From Candidatus Latescibacterota bacterium (lineage in GTDB: Bacteria; Latescibacterota; UBA2968; UBA8231): DNA of 64,000 nt. The DNA is taken from assembly GCA_964291625.2 (NCBI GenBank), contig OZ220090.1, positions 832,001 to 896,000 of the forward strand, in the 5' to 3' direction. Under the pieces are notes generated by a model, which was not told the DNA's origin, ran no database searches, and saw only the letters and a program-made list of their open reading frames with translations. This document shows positions 10,620-19,961 of the stretch, piece by piece. A program made the translations under genes and the position numbers. Positions within the stretch are counted from its first letter, which is position 1, and every line of letters starts with the position of its first letter.

Positions 10620-11534
10620 ATGACCGAATCCCGCAGCCGGCGCCGCCTGCCGGCCTGGTTGAAGGCGAAGGCGCCCGGCAGCCCCGGCTACCTGAGGCTG
10701 AAGCGCCTGATCAAGGGGCTGGACCTGAACACGGTCTGCGAGAGCGCCCACTGCCCCAACATCGGCGAGTGCTGGTCCGCCGGCACCGCCACCTTCATGA
10801 TCCTCGGAGACGTGTGCACCCGCAGTTGCGGGTTCTGCGCGATCCAGACCGGGCGCCCCACCCACCTGGATCACGAGGAGCCCGAACGCGTGGCCGAGGC
10901 GATCGCGCGGCTGCACCTGCGCCACGCTGTCATCACCTCCGTCAACCGGGACGAGCTGTCCGACGGAGGCGCCTCGATCTTCGCCCGCACGATCCGCGCC
11001 GTTCACCAACGCTGCCCGGAGACCTCGGTGGAGGTGCTGATCCCCGACTTCCAGGGCAACTGGGAGGCCCTCGCCGAGGTCCTCGACGCCGGGCCCGAGA
11101 TCCTCAACCACAACCTCGAGACCGTGCCGCGGCTCTACCGCCGCATGCGGCCCCAGGCGCGATACGAGCGCTCCCTGGAGTTGCTCGACCGGGCCCGCTC
11201 CCTCGGGCCGGCGCCGACCAAGTCGGGCATGATGCTGGGCGCCGGCGAGACCCGAGCGGAGGTGGACCGGTCGATCCGCGACCTGGCCGCCGTCGGCTGC
11301 AGCATCCTGACCCTCGGCCAGTACCTGTCCCCCTCGGAGCAGCACGTGCCCGTGGACCGCTTCGTCCCCCCCGAGGAGTTCGAAGAGCTCGGAGTGTTCG
11401 CCCGGGCCGTAGGCTTCGGCCACGTCGAATCGGGTCCGCTGGTGCGCAGCTCCTACCACGCCGAGCGCCAGGTGGGCGACCTTGCGGCTGCCGGCGGAAG
11501 CTCTCCCGTGGAGATTGCCAGAGGAGGTCCATGA
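10620..11534 (+). CDS. lipA: Lipoyl synthase
   Basis: CESAHCPNIGEC (CX4CX5C), CTRSCGFC radical-SAM motif, NHNLETVPRL, LVRSSYHA. Confidence 0.97.
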   Translation: MTESRSRRRLPAWLKAKAPGSPGYLRLKRLIKGLDLNTVCESAHCPNIGECWSAGTATFMILGDVCTRSCGFCAIQTGRPTHLDHEEPERVAEAIARLHLRHAVITSVNRDELSDGGASIFARTIRAVHQRCPETSVEVLIPDFQGNWEALAEVLDAGPEILNHNLETVPRLYRRMRPQARYERSLELLDRARSLGPAPTKSGMMLGAGETRAEVDRSIRDLAAVGCSILTLGQYLSPSEQHVPVDRFVPPEEFEELGVFARAVGFGHVESGPLVRSSYHAERQVGDLAAAGGSSPVEIARGGP

Positions 11535-12538
11535 CCCTCGACGAGAAGTCCCTGGCGGGCTACCTCAAGCGAAAGAAGCTGACCGGCGAGGGCGAGGGCG
11601 TACTCGATGTGCGCCAGGTCGGCGACGGGCTGAAGAACCTGGTCTACGTGGTGGTCACCACCGAGCAGCGGCTGGTGGTCAAGCAGGCCCACTGGCGGGT
11701 GCAGGTGAAGCAGCGGTGGTGGACGGACCGCAAGCGGCTCTTCGCCGAGAAGTCCTGCATCGAAACCCTGGCCAACATCCTGCCGCCCCAGGTGCTCCCC
11801 GAGGTCCTGCTGGAGGACCGGACCAACTTCGTCCTGGTGACCACGGCTCCCCCGCGCGACGCCACGGTCTGGGCCGACGAGCTGGACAGGGGCCGCATCG
11901 ATCTGCAGATCGCATCCCAGGCCGGCGAGCTGCTGGCGGCGGTGCACAACCAGACCGCCGAGATGGGCGATCTGGAGACGCTCTTCAAGGAGACCAAGCC
12001 CTTCGAGCAGCTCCGGGTGGAGCCCCTCTACGGGCAGGTGGCCGCCGCCTTCCCCGAGATCCGGCCGGCGGTCACGGCGCAGGCCCGGGCCCTGATGGAG
12101 GGTGGCCGCTGCCTGGTCCTCGGGGACCTGCGGCCACGCAACATCCTCATCGACAGCGGCGAGCTGTACCTGGTCGACTTCGCCACCGCCCACTTCGGGC
12201 AGCCCTCCTTCGACCTCGGCTTCTACGCCGGCGACATGTGCCTGAAGGCGATGCTCAACCACCCGCAGAAAGCCGCCTACCTCGAGGCGATCAACGTGTT
12301 CTGGGGTGCCTACACCCGCACCGCCGAGTACGGGGGAGCGGAGGCGGTGGGCAAGTCGGCGGTGCGCGACTTCGGCTGCCTGCTCCTGGCCCAGGTCTGC
12401 GGCCGGCGGCCGGTGTACGAGGGCGACGAGGCCTTCCGCGACCTCGCCTTCCGCATTTCGCGGAACCTTCTGTCCACCGAGGCGGAGAAGATCGAGGACA
12501 TTACCGAATCCATCAATCGAACCCTGATCGATGGATGA
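11531..12538 (+). CDS. APH/choline-kinase-fold phosphotransferase (methylthioribose kinase-like)
   Basis: VGDGLKNLV, VVKQA, LRVEP, GDLRPRNI, VDF, FDLG; ATGA-coupled to lipA. Confidence 0.75.
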   Translation: MTLDEKSLAGYLKRKKLTGEGEGVLDVRQVGDGLKNLVYVVVTTEQRLVVKQAHWRVQVKQRWWTDRKRLFAEKSCIETLANILPPQVLPEVLLEDRTNFVLVTTAPPRDATVWADELDRGRIDLQIASQAGELLAAVHNQTAEMGDLETLFKETKPFEQLRVEPLYGQVAAAFPEIRPAVTAQARALMEGGRCLVLGDLRPRNILIDSGELYLVDFATAHFGQPSFDLGFYAGDMCLKAMLNHPQKAAYLEAINVFWGAYTRTAEYGGAEAVGKSAVRDFGCLLLAQVCGRRPVYEGDEAFRDLAFRISRNLLSTEAEKIEDITESINRTLIDG

Positions 12539-14077
12539 GGCGCGCCCCCGCCGCCATCCTGCTCGCCCTCTCTGGCGTGCGCTCCCGGCCCCGCCTCCGA
12601 CCCCGGTGACCCCCGGGCCGGCGTGCCGCCGCCGGCACGCGAGTTCCGCGCCGTCTGGGTGGCCACCGTCGACAACATCGACTGGCCCTCCAGGCCCGGG
12701 CTGACGTCCGGACGTCAACGGCTCGAGGCGCGGGCGATCCTGGACCGGAGCCGCGACCTCGGGCTCAACGCCGTCGTCCTCCAGGTCCGTCCTCACTGCG
12801 ACGCCCTCTACGTCTCTCCCCTGGAGCCGTGGTCCTACTACCTGAGCGGCCGTCCGGGAGAGCCGCCGGAGCCGCCGTACGATCCCCTGGAGTTCTGGGT
12901 GGAAGAGGCCCACGCCCGCGGGCTCGAGCTGCACGCCTGGCTCAACCCCTACCGTGCCGACCATCCCGCCAACCGGGAAGGACTGGCGCCGGGGTCGATC
13001 GCCAGCCGACGGCCCGACCTCGTGCGCACCCTCGGCGACAGCGGCTACCTGTGGCTCGATCCCGGCTCCGAGGAGGTGCGGGAGCTCACCCTCGCCGTGT
13101 TCCTCGACGTGGCCGGGCGCTACGACGTGGACGGCGTGCACCTGGACGACTACTTCTACCCCTACCCTTCCTACAGCGGCGGCGGCGACTTCCCCGACGA
13201 ACCCACCTGGCAGGCCTACCTGGAGGACGGCGGCGGCCTCGAGAGGGCGGACTGGCGGCGGCAGAACGTCGACCGCTTCGTCGAGAGCCTCTACACCCGC
13301 CTGCGGGACCTGCCGCGGCCGGTGAAGCTCGGCATCAGCCCCTTCGGGATCTGGCGACCGGGGCACCCGCCCTCGGTCCGGGCCGGAGTCGACCAGTACG
13401 GCATGCTCTTCGCCGACCCCCGGCGCTGGCTGCACGAGGGCTGGCTCGATTACTGCGCCCCCCAGCTCTACTGGCCGATCTCCAAGGTGCCCCAGAGCTT
13501 CCCGGTCCTGCTCGCCTGGTGGGCTCGCAACAACCCCCACGGACGCCACGTGTGGCCGGGGTTGTTCACCTCCTCCGTGGCCGAACGGGGATGGGCGGCC
13601 CGGGAGATCGTCGACCAGATCATGGTCACCCGGGGCCTGCTGGACCCCGGCCCGGGGCACATCCACTTCAGCGCCCGCGCCGTTCTCGACTCGGGCCGCG
13701 TGGGGGCCCGGGGGAACCGGCTCAACGCGGCCCTGGCCAAGGGGCCGTACCGGGGCCCGGCGCTGGCCCCGGCCACCCCCTGGCTGGACGACGAGCCTCC
13801 CGGGGCGCCGGCGGTGAAGGCCCGCGTGGACGACGGCGAGCTTCTGCTGGACTGGTCCAGGCCGGAGGGCGAGGCGCCTTTCCTCTACGTGGTCTACACC
13901 AAGGGTCGGGAGACAGGGTGGCGCCACCGCATCGTCCCGGCGGCGCGCACGGAGCTGCGTTTGCCCCACGGGGAAGCCGGGGGGAAGAGCGCGGTGGAGT
14001 CGGTGGCGGTCACCTCCGTGGACCGCATGGGCAACGAGAGCGAGCTGCGCGCTCACAACCTCGAGAGCCTGCTTTGA
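12535..14077 (+). CDS. GHL10 (YddW/DigH-like) glycoside hydrolase lipoprotein; frameshift in signal peptide near 12570
   Basis: EFRAVWVATVDNIDWPS, HAWLNPYR, RYDVDGVHLDDYFYPY, GISPFGIW, PQLYW; ATG 12535 gives MRRAPAAILLAL and the main frame continues LACAPG (lipobox). Confidence 0.88.
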
Positions 14078-14091
14078 GGCCGCCGCCGCCG

Positions 14092-14120
14092 TTGCCCCTG
14101 TCCGGGGCATCGGGCATATT
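14092..14120 (+). promoter_or_regulatory. Putative sigma70 promoter of the corrinoid methyltransferase operon
   Basis: TTGCCC-17 bp-CATATT, 10 nt upstream of ATG 14131. Confidence 0.45.
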
Positions 14121-14130
14121 TCCCGGGATC

Positions 14131-14787
14131 ATGCCCGCCATCGCCGACATCGGAACACGGATCGAGCTGGTGCCCATGGACGGGCACTTCCACGACATCA
14201 CCGTGGCCCTCTACCGTCAGCCCACCGCGGCCGGCCCCGCCTTCCTCGTGCACACCTACAGCGCCCTCGACGGAGCGGAGAGTCGCCTCGAGGACATCCG
14301 CAGCCTCATGATGACCCTGGGCGGCCTGCAGCCCTCGGTGGAGGCGCCCGGCCTGCTGGCCTTCCCCTGCGGGGCGGAGCACGGGCTGGCCGTCCGCCGC
14401 CTCTTCCTCGAGGCATGCAAGGCCGGCACGGCCGAGGACGCCTCCCCTCCCCCCCTGTCGACGGTGGACCGCAAGTCGGGACTGACCATCGTCGCCGAGC
14501 CCCTGGGAGAGGGTCAGTACCGGGTGGAGGCGGTGGGAGAGGCCGACGAGGCAGACCGCTCCCGCCGAGTGGGCGTGATCGTCAACGGCCTCATGAAGCT
14601 GGGGGAGATGCGGAGGGTCGAGGGCGCCGCCGACTGTGTCGGCTTCGACTGCGGCTACTCCCACGACGAGCTCGTGGGGCTGCTCCTGGTGCGCGCGCCG
14701 AACGTGCGCGCCATCGTCCGCGAACAACAGGCGCTGGCCGCCCGCGGCGTGCTGGCGGCACCGAGCCAACAGGGGGACGCACCATGA
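14131..14787 (+). CDS. Uncharacterised protein with two FxCGxxH motifs, first gene of methyltransferase operon
   Basis: GC3-biased frame MPAIADIGTRIELVPMD...; FPCGAEH and FDCGYSH; ATGA-coupled to next gene. Confidence 0.75.
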   Translation: MPAIADIGTRIELVPMDGHFHDITVALYRQPTAAGPAFLVHTYSALDGAESRLEDIRSLMMTLGGLQPSVEAPGLLAFPCGAEHGLAVRRLFLEACKAGTAEDASPPPLSTVDRKSGLTIVAEPLGEGQYRVEAVGEADEADRSRRVGVIVNGLMKLGEMRRVEGAADCVGFDCGYSHDELVGLLLVRAPNVRAIVREQQALAARGVLAAPSQQGDAP

Positions 14788-15815
14788 CAACTCCCGCCAT
14801 GAACAGCAGGCAACGGGTCCTGGCGGCCCTGGGGCGCCAGCCCGTGGACCGCACGCCGGTGTGCAATCCGACTTCGGTGGCGACGGTGGAGCTGATGGAC
14901 CTGGTGGACGCGCCCTTCCCCGCCGCCAACCGCGAGGCCGAGCTCATGGCCAGGCTGGCGGCTACCGGGTACACCGAACTCGGCTTCGACAGCATCATGC
15001 CCGTGTTCTCCATCATCCAGGAGTCCGCGGCCCTGGGCTGCAAGATCCAGTGGGAGCAGAAGGACAACTGGCCCACGGTGAAGATGCGCGAGCCGATCTG
15101 GACCTCCGTCGACGACATCGACATCACCCCCGGCCTGCTCACCCACCCGGACACGAAGTGCGTCCTCGACGCCCTCACCATCCTCCGCCGGGAGTACGGC
15201 GACGAGGCCGCCATCATCGGCAAGACCATGGGCCCCTGGTCTCTCGCCTATCACTGCTTCGGCGTGGAGCCCTTCCTGCTCATGTCCCTCGACGACCCGG
15301 ACCAGACGAAGCGCATCCTCGACGTCCTCAAGGAGGTGACCGTCGACTTCGGGATCGCCCAGGTCGAGGCCGGCGCCGACGCCCTCACCCTCCCCGACCA
15401 CGCCACCGGCGACCTGGTGAGCGGCTCCTACTACGAACGTTACCTGCGCGACCTGCACATCGAGTTCGCCGAGCGCATCCCCTGCCCCATCATCCTGCAC
15501 ATCTGCGGCCGCACCGTGGACCGCATGGAGTTCATCGCCCAGACGGGCATGGCCGCCTTCCACTACGACTCCAAGAACGAGCCCGACGAGTCGCGGGAGA
15601 TCGTGGGCGAGCGCATCAGCCTCGTGGGCAACATCAACAACCCCGAGACCTTGTTCTCCAAAGAGCCGGAAGACGTGGCCGCCGAGGTGGTGAAGAACCT
15701 CGATGCCGGCGTGCAGCTCGTCGGGCCGGAGTGCGCCATCCCCCTGCAGACCGCCATCGAGAACCTGCGCGCCATCCCGTCGGCGGTGCAGGAATGGCAT
15801 GCGCTGAACAACTGA
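14784..15815 (+). CDS. MtaA/CmuA-family methylcobalamin:thiol methyltransferase (URO-D fold)
   Basis: PVDRTPV, ESAALGC, GPWSLA, QVEAGAD, Zn ligands LHICG and GPEC, GNINN. Confidence 0.88.
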   Translation: MTTPAMNSRQRVLAALGRQPVDRTPVCNPTSVATVELMDLVDAPFPAANREAELMARLAATGYTELGFDSIMPVFSIIQESAALGCKIQWEQKDNWPTVKMREPIWTSVDDIDITPGLLTHPDTKCVLDALTILRREYGDEAAIIGKTMGPWSLAYHCFGVEPFLLMSLDDPDQTKRILDVLKEVTVDFGIAQVEAGADALTLPDHATGDLVSGSYYERYLRDLHIEFAERIPCPIILHICGRTVDRMEFIAQTGMAAFHYDSKNEPDESREIVGERISLVGNINNPETLFSKEPEDVAAEVVKNLDAGVQLVGPECAIPLQTAIENLRAIPSAVQEWHALNN

Positions 15816-15935
15816 CGATGCCTGGTTCCCGCAACAGCCGACAGTGCAGATGGCGCGCCATCCCCGGGACCGTACGCCCGTGGCACCGGCAGGCGAACTG
15901 ACTTGCCTGAACTCGCCGACATCCACAACGAGATC
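15767..15935 (+). repeat. Diverged 86-bp tandem duplication of the mtaA-like/corrinoid gene junction
   Basis: gcgcgccatccc at 15767 and 15853; aactgac at 15810 and 15896; tgcctg follows both stops. Confidence 0.75.
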
Positions 15936-16652
15936 CTCCGCTTCGAGATCGAGGAGTACATCGAAAGACCGGAGGAGATCGAGCGCTTCGTGGGGACCTT
16001 CGCCGCGGCGCGGCCGATCAACCAGGACATGGCAGCCGCCCTGATCGAGGGCGACCATCACACCGTCGACGCCCTCGCCGCGCAGGCCCTGGAGGAGGGT
16101 ATCGAGGCGCTGGAGGTGATGGACGACGGACTGATCGCGGGCATGGGCATCGTGGGCGTCAAGTTCCGGGAGAACTTCATCTTCGTGCCCGAGGTACTCG
16201 CCTGCGCCCGGGCCATGAAGGCGGGCATGGCCCACATCGAGCCGATCCTGTCGGCCTCGGGAGCCGAGAAGGCGGGCACGGTGGTGATGGGGACGGTGAA
16301 AGGCGACCTCCACGACATCGGCAAGAACCTGTGCATCATGATGCTCAACGGCGCCGGCTTCGACGTCATCGACCTCGGCGTCGACACCTCGGAAGACGAG
16401 TTCATCGACGCCGTGGAGGAGTCCGGGGCCCGGCTGCTGGGGATGTCGGCGCTGCTGACGACGACCATGCCCAACATGGGCAAGACGATCGAGGCCTTCA
16501 TCGACGCCGACCTGCGCGACGACGTGCAGATCATGGTGGGAGGCGCCCCGGTGACCCAGGAGTTCGCCGAGGACATGGGCGCCGACGGCTACGGCAAGGA
16601 CGCCCTGGCCTGCGTCGAGCTGGCCAAGCAGCTGGCTCAGAACGGGAGCTGA
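15903..16652 (+). CDS. Corrinoid (B12-binding) methyltransferase protein, MtbC/MetH cap + B12 domain
   Basis: GLIAGMGIVG, FVPEVL, GTVKGDLHDIGKN (DxHxxG), MSALLTTTM, VGGAPV; TTG start. Confidence 0.93.
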   Translation: MPELADIHNEILRFEIEEYIERPEEIERFVGTFAAARPINQDMAAALIEGDHHTVDALAAQALEEGIEALEVMDDGLIAGMGIVGVKFRENFIFVPEVLACARAMKAGMAHIEPILSASGAEKAGTVVMGTVKGDLHDIGKNLCIMMLNGAGFDVIDLGVDTSEDEFIDAVEESGARLLGMSALLTTTMPNMGKTIEAFIDADLRDDVQIMVGGAPVTQEFAEDMGADGYGKDALACVELAKQLAQNGS

Positions 16653-17002
16653 TGGCTGGGGTCCGGCCCGAAGAGGTGCAGAAGCGCTTCGACCGCCTCA
16701 CCGAGATTTTCGGCGGCATCGTCGAGCACGCCGACGCCCAGGCGTCGTGGCGGTGCCCGTACCGGAACCGGCACGACCTGTGCACGGCCAAGTTCCACTG
16801 CAGGAACCAGACCCCCGCCGCACCCGACGCCGCCGAGCCGGCCGCCGACGGCGATCTCTACTGCTCCCACGACGGCCGCTTCGACTACCGCAGCGCCTGG
16901 GAGTCCGATCCGCGCACCGGCGAGCGGGCCCGCCAGCGCCTCGAGACCATCCGCGAGCGCGCCGCCGAGGGCCGCCAGGGGCGCCGCGGCCCCCGGCGCT
17001 AG
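16652..17002 (+). CDS. Small Cys-rich hypothetical protein
   Basis: TGATG overlap with corrinoid gene; CPYRNRHDLCTAKFHCRNQ...YCSHD. Confidence 0.7.
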   Translation: MAGVRPEEVQKRFDRLTEIFGGIVEHADAQASWRCPYRNRHDLCTAKFHCRNQTPAAPDAAEPAADGDLYCSHDGRFDYRSAWESDPRTGERARQRLETIRERAAEGRQGRRGPRR

Positions 17003-17020
17003 ACGGCCGGCCCCCCGGCC

Positions 17021-18667
17021 ATGGCCGTCGTCCGCGCCCCCGGCCTCGAGCCTCGGAGGCTGACACCGGGGCGCACCCTCTTCGACTACGCCGACGACCT
17101 GCGGCTGCGGGTCCCCACCTCGTGCCTGCGCAACGGCTACTGCCACGAGTGCGTGGTCGAGGTCCACGGGGGCATGGAGGCCCTGCGCCCCCGCTCCCCG
17201 GCGGAACAGTTCCTCCGCGATCCCTACCGCCTCGCCTGTCAGGCCCTGGTCGTCGAGGACCTCGACGTCGAGTTCGAGCCCCTCCGGCGGTCGCCGCAGA
17301 TCCTCTCCGACACCCGGCCCCGGCCTGTCGAGCTCGACCCCGTCGTCCGCCGCCGCGGCGACGAGGTCCTCTACGACGGCGAGCCCGTCGACCGCTACCG
17401 GGGGCACCTCTACGGCCTGGCCATCGATCTCGGGACGACGACGATCGCCATGGACCTCGTCGACCTGGAGACGGGCGGCTCGGTCTGCGTCACCTCCTTC
17501 GAGAACCCCCAGCGCTTCGGGGGCTCCGACGTGATGCACCGCATCACCTACGACGGCGGCCCCCACCACGGGGAGCTGCAGAAGGCGGTGGCCACCGCCC
17601 TCAACCACCACATCGCCGACATGGGCCGCCGCCTCGGCTTCGTCCGCCAGGAGATCTACGAGATCGCCGTCGCCGGCAACCCGACCATGCGCGACCTGCT
17701 CTTCCGCCTGGACGTGCAGCCCATCGGCACCCGGCCCTACAAGTCGACGGTGGAGCGCGCCGTCCTCGACGGCGAACGGTCCACCACCGCCTGGGTGGAG
17801 AAGTCGCGGCGCCTGGGGATCCGCGCCAACATCCACACCCGCGTCTACGGCCTGCCCCTGATCGCCAGCCAGGTGGGCGCCGACACCGCCGCCGACCTGG
17901 TCGCCTGCGACCTGCTGGACGCCGAGGGGGACGAGGTGACCCTCCTGGTCGACGTGGGCACCAACACCGAGGTCGTCATCGCCGGGCGGGGGCGCATGGT
18001 GGCCGCCTCCTGTCCGGCGGGCCCGGCCTTCGAGGGCGGCCTCGTGGGCTGCGGCATGCCGGGCTACGAAGGCGCCATCGACTCGGTGCGCATCGACGAG
18101 ACGGGGGACTTCTCCTGGACCACCATCGGCGGCGCCGAGCCCATGGGCATCTGCGGCTCGGGCCTGGTGGACCTGCTCGCCGAGCTGCGGCGCACCGGCC
18201 GCATGTCGGAGAAGGGAGTCCTCGCAGGCGGCCGCCGGCGCAACCCGCGGCTGCAGGTGGCGCCCGAGCAGGGCGTCACCTTCTCCGCCGAGGACGCCAG
18301 CCACCTGGCCCAGGCCAAGGCGGCCAACTACTGCGGCCAGTATCTTCTCCTGCGCGAGTTCGGCATCGATCCCGCCGACGTGTCGCGGCTCTACCTGGCC
18401 GGGGGCTTCGCCAACTACGTCGACGCGGCCAACGCCGTGGCCATCGGCTTCCTGGCGCCGGTGCCGGCGGAGCGCGTCGTCAAGGTCGGCAACGCCGCCC
18501 TCCAGGGTGCCCGCGAGGTCCTGCTCAGCCGCGGCCGGCGCCGGCAGCTGGAAGCGGCGGTGGCCGGCATCGAGCATGTGGAACTGGAGACGGTGCCCGA
18601 GTTCTTCGACGCCTTCGTCGACGGCTGCATGTTCCGGCCCATGCCCCCGCGCGTCCTGAACCGATAG
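17021..18667 (+). CDS. ASKHA-domain corrinoid reductive activase (RACo/DUF4445) with N-terminal 2Fe-2S domain
   Basis: [11 protein letters not shown]...[13 protein letters not shown], NPQxxGxDVMxRI, [30 protein letters not shown]. Confidence 0.93.
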   Translation: MAVVRAPGLEPRRLTPGRTLFDYADDLRLRVPTSCLRNGYCHECVVEVHGGMEALRPRSPAEQFLRDPYRLACQALVVEDLDVEFEPLRRSPQILSDTRPRPVELDPVVRRRGDEVLYDGEPVDRYRGHLYGLAIDLGTTTIAMDLVDLETGGSVCVTSFENPQRFGGSDVMHRITYDGGPHHGELQKAVATALNHHIADMGRRLGFVRQEIYEIAVAGNPTMRDLLFRLDVQPIGTRPYKSTVERAVLDGERSTTAWVEKSRRLGIRANIHTRVYGLPLIASQVGADTAADLVACDLLDAEGDEVTLLVDVGTNTEVVIAGRGRMVAASCPAGPAFEGGLVGCGMPGYEGAIDSVRIDETGDFSWTTIGGAEPMGICGSGLVDLLAELRRTGRMSEKGVLAGGRRRNPRLQVAPEQGVTFSAEDASHLAQAKAANYCGQYLLLREFGIDPADVSRLYLAGGFANYVDAANAVAIGFLAPVPAERVVKVGNAALQGAREVLLSRGRRRQLEAAVAGIEHVELETVPEFFDAFVDGCMFRPMPPRVLNR

Positions 18668-18675
18668 GAGTGCCC

Positions 18676-19695
18676 TTGCGGAGCTTCTCCGAGAGACTGA
18701 ACGACCCCGAGCCCGTCCTCTTCGACGGCGGTTTCGGCACCCAGCTCTTCGCCCGCGGCGTCGAGCTGCCCAACAGCGCCCTGGCCAACGCCCACCACGC
18801 CGACACCGTGGTAGAGGTCCACCGGGCCTACATCGAGGCCGGATCGGAGATGGTGCAGACCAACACCTTCGTCGCCTCCGCCCTGCACCTGGAGATGGCC
18901 GATGCCGGCGGTCTCTCGGCCGGCCACCTGGCCGGACTCGCAGCCGCCCATGCCCGGCGGGCCGTCGAGGAGAGCGGACGGGAGGTCTACGTGGCCGGCT
19001 CCCTGGGGCCCTCGCCCGGCGCGATCGAGGCCGACGCGGGAGACACCGACTTCGGCATCGCCGACGAGAAGGTCCGCGCCGCCCACCAGGAGGTCGCCGA
19101 GAGCCTGGTCTCCGGCGGCGTCGACCTGTTCCTGGTGGAGACCATGTTCTCGGCCCGGGAGGCGGCGATCGCCGTCGACGTGGCCCGGGGGTTCGGCCTG
19201 CCCGTGGCCGTCTGCCTGACCTACAAGTACACCCGGGACCGCCGCACCAGGCAGGTCGTCTACCGCACCGACTGGGGCCACTCCCCCGCCGACGCCGTGG
19301 AGATCCTCGGCTCCGGGGAGCACTCCGGCGGCGACGACCTGCTGCCCTCCATCCGGCTCCTCGGCCTCAACTGCGGCGCCGAGTCCACCCGCGAGGAGCA
19401 CTCGGGCATGGCCTACGCCATCGAGGGCACGAGGCAGACCGCCGAGGCCCTCGCCGCGCGCGGCCTGAACGGCCTCCGCCTGGCCGCCTACCCGAACGCG
19501 GGCCTGCCGAAGCTGGACCGCCAGACCCGGCAGACCTACTACCAGCAGGGGCCGGAGGTGATGTCCGCGCACCTCCACGAGCTGCGCCAGGCGGGGGGCT
19601 GGCTCATCGGCGGCTGCTGCGGCACCACGCCCGACCACATCCGCGCCTTCCGCGACGGCCTCGCCGCCGGCGCCGGCGGCGCCGACGATGGCTGA
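18676..19695 (+). CDS. Stand-alone homocysteine S-methyltransferase domain (MetH N-terminal/BHMT-like)
   Basis: [27 protein letters not shown], Zn ligands LNCG and GGCCG, PNAGLP; AGGAG before TTG 18676. Confidence 0.9.
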   Translation: MRSFSERLNDPEPVLFDGGFGTQLFARGVELPNSALANAHHADTVVEVHRAYIEAGSEMVQTNTFVASALHLEMADAGGLSAGHLAGLAAAHARRAVEESGREVYVAGSLGPSPGAIEADAGDTDFGIADEKVRAAHQEVAESLVSGGVDLFLVETMFSAREAAIAVDVARGFGLPVAVCLTYKYTRDRRTRQVVYRTDWGHSPADAVEILGSGEHSGGDDLLPSIRLLGLNCGAESTREEHSGMAYAIEGTRQTAEALAARGLNGLRLAAYPNAGLPKLDRQTRQTYYQQGPEVMSAHLHELRQAGGWLIGGCCGTTPDHIRAFRDGLAAGAGGADDG

Positions 19696-19957
19696 GTACC
19701 AGGTCCTCTACTGGCGGGACATCCCCGCCCAGGTCCGCGTCTTCGGCGGCCGGCGGCCCCTCTCCCGGCCGCTGCCCGACCGCTTCCAGCAGGCCATCGA
19801 CCGCGTCGCCATGCGCGATGGTCTCGCCGGCACCGACGACTACCTGGCCCAGTGGCAGTGGACGGAGAAGCGCACCGGCGACGGCGAGCCGGAGGAGCTG
19901 CTCCACCGCCTCATCGAGGAACTGGCAGCGGCGTACGACGCCGCCAACCCCGGCTGA
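19688..19957 (+). CDS. Virulence_fact (CvfA/B/C-type) small protein, often linked to split MetH loci
   Basis: [28 protein letters not shown] signature. Confidence 0.8.
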   Translation: MAEYQVLYWRDIPAQVRVFGGRRPLSRPLPDRFQQAIDRVAMRDGLAGTDDYLAQWQWTEKRTGDGEPEELLHRLIEELAAAYDAANPG

Positions 19958-19961
19958 AGCC

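Noticed and set aside
11448-11534. Further junction echoes at the lipA tail, 28440-28510, 33522-33562 and 35450-35490
   Set aside because: Similarities are short and could arise by chance in GC-rich DNA; not counted without a statistical test.
19688-19957. Virulence role for the Virulence_fact protein
   Set aside because: The family name is historical; the context points to methionine/corrinoid metabolism.
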